In this document: positions 16,740 through 21,437 of the stretch, in pieces
Position numbering within the stretch: position 1 is the first letter of the stretch
How the letters are laid out: the number at the start of each line of letters is the position of its first letter
Assembly: GCA_965223005.1 (NCBI GenBank)
Contig: CBDCVK010000004.1
Coordinates: 1-21,437 of the forward strand
Direction: 5' to 3'
From: Terriglobia bacterium
GTDB taxonomy: Bacteria; Acidobacteriota; Terriglobia; JAJPHL01; JAPKYU01
Length of the DNA stretch: 21,437 bases
Translations under genes and position numbers: made by a program
Notes under the pieces: model-generated
What the model was told of the DNA's origin: nothing
The model's database searches: none
Seen by the model: only the letters and a program-made list of their open reading frames with translations

Positions 16740-16841
16740 CAGGGAAAATCAGGTCGTGCCTAACTGGCCAGAGGCTTCTGCGACAAGCTCCCACATGGCG
16801 GTGGGCGACAGCCGTGACGTGGTCAGGGTTAATGCGCACCT

Positions 16842-17933
16842 TCAAGGCTGGAATTTCGTCGCGTAGTACCCCCTGCGTGCGCGAACTCGGAGGTTAGGCC
16901 TTCCGGGCACGCTCACGGTGATTGCTCGGAATCCGCCGTCTTGTCGCGCTTCCTTTGAGTAGTATCCCAGCAGGTATTGCGCCTGGAGCTCGCTGGCAAT
17001 CTGTCCGAGAGCCGCTTCCAGCTCCTGGGGTGTAGCCGGGACAAAAGCGCCGCCAGTCTCCGCCGCCAGAGCTGCCATCGCCTCCTGCCCCTTCAAGCTG
17101 ATCGGATTCAGCTTGATTGCCGGCCCACTCGGGTTGATGGAATAGAACAAGCAGTCAGCCCTCTGGAGTTCTCTGAGCGCATCACTGAGCTGATAGCTAA
17201 GGCTGTTGTTGTCTTCTCCATCGGACATCACCAGCAACGCTCGCCGAGTGCCTGGCTGCGCGTGGTCGGCCAAGTAGCTCGCTGCCTCGATCACGGCAGC
17301 GAAGAACGCTGTGGGTTCCCTTGTGGCTTTCAAGACCATCACGCCGGACATCCCCGCTTCCAGTCTTGTAGTCCGCGGCTGCACCAGCCTCAAAGCCAGG
17401 CCGAGAGCGAAGACCGACACCGTGTCGCCGGGTTTGAGCACCAGCTTCAGGAAGTTTGTCGCTGCCTTTTGTTCGAACTCAAGGCGCTTGCGCACACTGC
17501 CGGAAACGTCGAGCACCAGCGCCAGATCGATCGGCGTCTTCCCCGGTTCGCCTAGACTTATCACACGCTGCAGTTGCTCGTCTTCTTTGATTTCGAAGTC
17601 TGCGGCGGTCAGGTCGCGCAGCGGCTGGCCAAAGGTGTCCGTCACCGAGACTGGCACGGTCACCAGGTTCGAACTCACCCGGATGACCGACCCTGGATTT
17701 TGCGGCGCATCCGGTGCAAGTGCCTTTTGCGCAATAAGCGCAACCGCCGCGCGCTCGCTTCCCTGCTTCAGGCTCGTGGTGGAGTGTGGGGTGCCCGCCA
17801 GCGTGTGAGGCTCGCGCTGCGGCAGCAGGCTCAGCAGGCCGCTGAGCAGGCACACGAAAAGCAGGAAGCGTGTGACTCTGACCCTCCAATTTCGTGGGTG
17901 CACGGCAGTCTCGCCCCGGAGTGCTCCGCCCAT
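16842..17933 (-). CDS. VWA-domain protein, acidobacterial type (TIGR03436-like); start uncertain
   Basis: 'IRVSSNLVTVPVSVTD..G....DLT..DFEI.ED', MIDAS 'LDVSGSV', 'SDGEDN', 'LAAETGG', 'EL..QYLLGYY...DGGFRAI.V....L.VRAR.GYY'. Hydrophobic N-terminal segment. Confidence 0.92.
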   Translation of the reverse strand: MGGALRGETAVHPRNWRVRVTRFLLFVCLLSGLLSLLPQREPHTLAGTPHSTTSLKQGSERAAVALIAQKALAPDAPQNPGSVIRVSSNLVTVPVSVTDTFGQPLRDLTAADFEIKEDEQLQRVISLGEPGKTPIDLALVLDVSGSVRKRLEFEQKAATNFLKLVLKPGDTVSVFALGLALRLVQPRTTRLEAGMSGVMVLKATREPTAFFAAVIEAASYLADHAQPGTRRALLVMSDGEDNNSLSYQLSDALRELQRADCLFYSINPSGPAIKLNPISLKGQEAMAALAAETGGAFVPATPQELEAALGQIASELQAQYLLGYYSKEARQDGGFRAITVSVPGRPNLRVRARRGYYATKFQP

Positions 17934-17969
17934 CGCTGTAGGCCTTGGCGAGGCTCGGCCGCGGCTTTC

Positions 17970-18965
17970 CTACTTCACCAGGCGGGCTTGCGGCTCGGTA
18001 GGCATAGTCAAGCCCCGGTTGACCAGGACCCTGACTTCCACACGCCGGTTTCCTTCTCGACCCTGGCGCGTAGAGTTGTCAGCAACAGGATGCGACTCAC
18101 CGTACCCGAAGGGAATAATCATTCGCCGCAGGGGAATATCGTGATTCTCGGCCAGGTACTGAGAAACCGCCTCAGCCCGACGCTGGCTGAGACGACGGTT
18201 AGGCTCTTCGCTCCCATCGGCGGAAGCAAAGCCGGCAATTTCAATGACAAACCCCTTCTGGGTCTCCGCATAGGCCGCCAGTTCGTCCAGCAGGTCCTTA
18301 GCTTCCATCGAAAGGTAAGCACTTCCCGCCTTGAATTGAACGGTGACGCTCTTTTCAAGCTGGTAATCGTCCAGCGCTGCAATTCTTTGGTTGGTGGCCT
18401 GAACGGCAGCTACAGCGTCATCTGCTGTTTGCTGAGCCGCTTTCGCTTCTCCGTGCGCGGCATTCGAGATAGTATTGACCTCCTCGATCTGGCCGGCCAG
18501 CCGTTCCGCGTTGTCCTCACTTTGGGCAAGCCGCTTCTCCGACGCCGTCATCCTGGCTTCTGCCTCGCCCACCCGCGCTTCCACCGGCGTCACTCGTCCC
18601 TCGACCGCGTGGGCTAGTTCCAGGTCGTCGTTCGTGAACCGGATCTTTTTGGCAACCAGTACGCCAGAATCGTCTGACAGCCCTTCCACCTCCACCTTCA
18701 GGCTGCGCAGCAGCTCACTGGCTTGGTACTCCCTTGCGCTCCGGAAGGGATTCTTTTTCTTCTCCTTGATTTCTGTGACAAGGGTGAGCTTGACTTTCTG
18801 GTCCTTCCCATTACTCGTTCGCAGAACAAAGCTATCCGAATCTTGCTTGATGATCACGCCGGAGAGCTTCTGTTTCGAGCCGGCGCCCTGTGCGAAAGCC
18901 GGGGCCAGCAGCGCGATGCTCGCCGCGAGAGCAAGCGAAACCAAAGCCAAGTGCTTGCCTCTCAT
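17970..18965 (-). CDS. OmpA/MotB C-terminal peptidoglycan-binding domain protein with signal peptide, N-terminal beta domain and coiled coil
   Basis: 'VQFKAGSAYL', 'IEIAGFASADGS...NRRLSQRRAEAV..YL', 'GYGESHPVADNST..GR..NRRVEV'. RBS GGAGG. Confidence 0.92.
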   Translation of the reverse strand: MRGKHLALVSLALAASIALLAPAFAQGAGSKQKLSGVIIKQDSDSFVLRTSNGKDQKVKLTLVTEIKEKKKNPFRSAREYQASELLRSLKVEVEGLSDDSGVLVAKKIRFTNDDLELAHAVEGRVTPVEARVGEAEARMTASEKRLAQSEDNAERLAGQIEEVNTISNAAHGEAKAAQQTADDAVAAVQATNQRIAALDDYQLEKSVTVQFKAGSAYLSMEAKDLLDELAAYAETQKGFVIEIAGFASADGSEEPNRRLSQRRAEAVSQYLAENHDIPLRRMIIPFGYGESHPVADNSTRQGREGNRRVEVRVLVNRGLTMPTEPQARLVK

Positions 18966-19009
18966 TAGTTGATTCCTCCCGTGTCTATAGATTTGTTACG
19001 TCCTCTCCA

Positions 19010-19059
19010 GCTGAGATCCGATCTTGCTCAGATTCCAGTCTTGCTGAAATCCCGGTCTT
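19010..19059. repeat. 3 x 16-17-bp imperfect tandem repeat upstream of the OmpA-domain gene
   Basis: gctgagatccgatctt / gctcagattccagtctt / gctgaaatcccggtctt. Confidence 0.65.
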
Positions 19060-19104
19060 CGGTTTCCCCAGGAACTCTCGAGTTCAACTTCCGCTCGACT
19101 TAGC

Positions 19105-19134
19105 ATTTTACCCCAGGCCGCCCCACTGACTCAA
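19105..19134 (-). promoter_or_regulatory. Candidate sigma70 promoter of the OmpA-domain gene
   Basis: Minus strand TTGAGT-N18-TAAAAT. Confidence 0.45.
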
Positions 19135-19198
19135 ACTCAGATCGCCATGGTCTCTTCTGGATGGGATGAAACGCGGGCGAGGTAGCATGCATCTTAAA

Positions 19199-19254
19199 GG
19201 TAGTGCCCAACTAGGAGTTGGCAGTGCCCAACTAGGAGTTGGCAGTGCCCAACT
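19199..19254. repeat. 21-bp tandem repeat (~2.7 copies) with internal dyad in the divergent promoter region
   Basis: ggtagtgcccaactaggagtt / ggcagtgcccaactaggagtt / ggcagtgcccaact. Contains CCAACT-agg-AGTTGG. Confidence 0.9.
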
Positions 19255-19349
19255 GGCAGCGACGCAGGCATCGCGCCGTTGGCCGGTCCGTCGTAGAAAC
19301 GAGGGAATCCGAGCTGGTCACCGCCCCCGGCGTACGCCAATGAGTAGCA

Positions 19350-19372
19350 TGGTAGAATATTCGTGAGAGGAG
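19350..19372 (+). promoter_or_regulatory. Extended -10 promoter and RBS of the 19377 gene
   Basis: TGgTAGAAT at 19350-19358; GAGGAG at 19367-19372. Confidence 0.55.
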
Positions 19373-19376
19373 AGTT

Positions 19377-20240
19377 ATGAGCATTAACCCGCCGACTGGA
19401 AGCGTTTTCACTGAAGAGCCGGAGACCCCGCAATCTCCGGAAGGTCCTCGCAATTGGTTTTCACCGGCTGTCATCGCCGCATTGGTGGTGCTCGCGATCG
19501 TCAATATCTTTCTGCTGTACGACCTAAGTACTACTCGCACGTCGCTGGACCAGCGGCTCGCCGAGCTGCAGGAACGAAGCAGTGTGCTTATGCGCCGCCT
19601 GGAAACCAACATCCAGGCCAATGACGAGCGGCATAACAACCTGCGGGGCGAGCTCATGGTGGCCCAAGAAAAGCTGGGCATGACCCGGCGTGACCTGAGG
19701 CGAGCGCGGCAATTGGCTCAGGCCCTGGGCGAAGAGCAGAAGCGGGCGGCGGCCCAGATCGGTCAGCGGGTGAGCAACCTGCGCGAGGAGTCTACCGCCA
19801 AGCTGGGTGAGCTGACTGGAGGTGTCACGACGAACAAGGCCGACATTGTCTCCACCCGCAAGGATCTGGAAGAGACCAAGCTCCAGTTGACCACCGCGGT
19901 CGGTGACCTCAGCAAGGCCAACGTTCTGATTGCCCGGAACGGAGGAGAGTTGGAGGAACTCCGGAGGCGCGGCGAGCGCAACTACTTCGAATTCGACCTG
20001 CGAAAGCAGAAACGGCCCAGCCGCGTTGGCAACATCTCGCTGAAGCTGAAGAAAACCAACACCAAGCGCCAGCGCTATACCCTGGAACTCTACGCCGACG
20101 ACAAGAAGGTTGAGAAGAAAAACAAGACGGTGAACGAGCCGGTGCAGTTTTACATGGCGCGGTCACGAGGGCTGCACGAAATCGTAGTCAACCAGGTGCA
20201 CAAGAACCGGATCGTCGGCTACGTCTCCTCCCCCAAGTGA
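19377..20240 (+). CDS. Single-pass membrane protein with long coiled coil and basic C-terminal beta domain (hypothetical)
   Basis: TM 'AVIAALVVLAIVNIFLLY'; heptad-rich ~140 aa; C-terminal 'GERNYFEFDL.K....VG.I.L.LKKT..K...YTL....DDK.VEKK.KTVNEPVQFY'. Confidence 0.85.
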   Translation: MSINPPTGSVFTEEPETPQSPEGPRNWFSPAVIAALVVLAIVNIFLLYDLSTTRTSLDQRLAELQERSSVLMRRLETNIQANDERHNNLRGELMVAQEKLGMTRRDLRRARQLAQALGEEQKRAAAQIGQRVSNLREESTAKLGELTGGVTTNKADIVSTRKDLEETKLQLTTAVGDLSKANVLIARNGGELEELRRRGERNYFEFDLRKQKRPSRVGNISLKLKKTNTKRQRYTLELYADDKKVEKKNKTVNEPVQFYMARSRGLHEIVVNQVHKNRIVGYVSSPK

Positions 20241-20257
20241 ACGAAGCACTTGAGGCC

Positions 20258-20341
20258 GGCTAGCGGAACCAAGCCGGACGCTAGCCTCTCCAGAATCATG
20301 CAAATACCCTGCAGCGGGCGCCTTGTCGATCCGGCGCCCGC
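20258..20341. terminator. Two hairpins between convergent genes (possible terminators or 3' stabilisers)
   Basis: ggctagcg(20258-20265)..cgctagcc(20279-20286) and gcgggcgcc(20314-20322)..ggcgcccgc(20333-20341). No clear U-tract. Confidence 0.4.
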
Positions 20342-20412
20342 CTGTCCTTGCGGACCAGAGTTGCCTCTCAGAGCGACGAGCCGCCCGAGATTAGCGGCAG
20401 ACTAGCGACAGA

Positions 20413-21297
20413 TTAGCGAGTGGTGCGGTAGCTGATGCGCAGCTTCTCACGCCGAGGCACCTCGACCTTGAGCTTGCCGCTATCCAGCGGCGGGCCGGGC
20501 AACACCAGCTCGTAATAGCCGCGGAACCCCTCCAGGATATTCTTGACTAGCTGCTTGATTTGGCGCAGCTCATTGCCGCTGTGGGAGGAACCTCCCGTTT
20601 GCTTGGCGAGCTTTTTCAGATTCCAATCGCCGGCGAAGGCGATAGCGAAGATGGAAACGTCGTTGCGGCGCGCCAATCGTAGCACTTCCTTTCGCTCGAC
20701 ACGGTTGCGCCTGTCCAGGCCGCTGCCAATGACCACCACCACCCGGCGGCCTGCGGCATCTTCGAAGGCACCATCCACGACCGCGTAGATGGCGTCTAGC
20801 AGGGCCGGCGGGTTGCCGTACTCGAGCTTGCCCACTGCGCGTTTCAGCAGCTTCTTGCTGGAGGTGAAGTCCTGCACCAGGTCAGCCGCGGTGGCGTAAC
20901 CGACAATCGCCATTTGATCCTTCCCGCCCAGGCCCTGGATGAAAAAACCGGCCACATGTCGAATCTGGCCCCGCACTCGCGCTCCCAGTTCGCTCGTCTC
21001 TAGCAACAAGACCACGTCCAGCAGATCATGGGTTTGGTAACGGGCCGTTTGCACAGATCGTACGGTTTTTTTGTGCTTCACCTTGAAATCTTCAGCCTTC
21101 AGGTCCGTTACGGGGAAGCCAAACTGGTTGCTCACGGTGACCAGCAGTCGCGGCGCGTCGTCTGCCCACAGACACGGGGAACCGGGAAGGAGCAGGGCCA
21201 GGAGGAGTAAACCCGGGAGGAGCAAGGCCGGAGGGAGTAAGGCCCGAGGGCGCAAGAAAAGAAGGGTCACCAACCATTGCCGGGGCGAGAGCAACAT
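20413..21297 (-). CDS. VWA-domain protein, acidobacterial type, with degenerate MIDAS
   Basis: 'LLVTVSNQFG.PVTDLKAEDFKV', 'VVLLLETS', 'DQMAIVGY....LVQDFTS', 'ALLDAI', 'RRVVVVI..G.D', 'LKKLAKQTGG'. Confidence 0.85.
   Translation of the reverse strand: MLLSPRQWLVTLLFLRPRALLPPALLLPGLLLLALLLPGSPCLWADDAPRLLVTVSNQFGFPVTDLKAEDFKVKHKKTVRSVQTARYQTHDLLDVVLLLETSELGARVRGQIRHVAGFFIQGLGGKDQMAIVGYATAADLVQDFTSSKKLLKRAVGKLEYGNPPALLDAIYAVVDGAFEDAAGRRVVVVIGSGLDRRNRVERKEVLRLARRNDVSIFAIAFAGDWNLKKLAKQTGGSSHSGNELRQIKQLVKNILEGFRGYYELVLPGPPLDSGKLKVEVPRREKLRISYRTTR
21181..21255. repeat. 5 x 15-bp in-frame tandem repeat in the signal-peptide region
   Basis: accgggaaggagcag / ggccaggaggagtaa / acccgggaggagcaa / ggccggagggagtaa / ggcccgagggcgcaa, encoding LRPRA LLPPA LLLPG LLLLA LLLPG on the minus strand. 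Confidence 0.8.
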
Positions 21298-21313
21298 TTC
21301 GTATGAGCAGGAT

Positions 21314-21436
21314 TTAACGCGACTCGTTTGTAACGCTCACTTCTCCTCCGCGCAACAAGGCGGTGAACACGATATCGAATACCTCGTCGCCAGAGAGCGC
21401 ATTCGTCCGCTTCCAACCGTCCGCAGTTTGCTGAAA
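21314..21436 (-). CDS. 3' end of a gene running off the window (product unknown)
   Basis: Open minus frame FQQTADGWKRTNALSGDEVFDIVFTALLRGGEVSVTNESR* ending 16 nt before the VWA ATG. Confidence 0.45.
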   Translation of the reverse strand, partial: FQQTADGWKRTNALSGDEVFDIVFTALLRGGEVSVTNESR

Positions 21437-21437
21437 C

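Noticed and set aside
17574-18617. 347-aa plus-strand ORF
   Set aside because: Antisense to the VWA and OmpA-domain genes; no recognisable motifs.
19199-19254. Possible mini-CRISPR
   Set aside because: Repeats are contiguous with no unique spacers, and there are no cas genes.
19166-19366. 66-aa ORF with GSAQLGV repeats
   Set aside because: Merely a translation of the 21-bp repeat in a promoter region; no other coding evidence.

Overview
GC-rich, gene-dense chromosomal window, most likely from an Acidobacteriota (Solibacter/Bryobacter-like) genome. This is inferred from an SBBP-repeat protein with a Solibacter-type C-terminal domain and two acidobacterial-type VWA proteins. From left to right: a 5'-truncated beta-propeller surface protein; meaB-mce-mtnP (+); a convergent four-gene minus-strand cluster (hypothetical, YkgJ-type Cys protein, hypothetical, TPR); a separately terminated two-gene operon (598 aa + ~1170 aa) with the domain layout of PlsR/PlsA (Ger-like) plasmalogen/ether-lipid reductase; a FecR-domain protein; DUF1634 + TauE; rpsO-pnp; a VWA protein; an OmpA-domain protein; a membrane-anchored coiled-coil protein; a second VWA protein; and a gene fragment. 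The best candidate for an interesting system is the PlsR-PlsA-like operon, with an 11-bp-phased TGTTAA direct repeat upstream and methylmalonyl-CoA and SAM by-product recycling genes nearby. Many intergenic regions carry small tandem or inverted repeats. No CRISPR array, tRNA/rRNA or transposase was seen. All family calls come from motif recognition by eye; no database searches were run.
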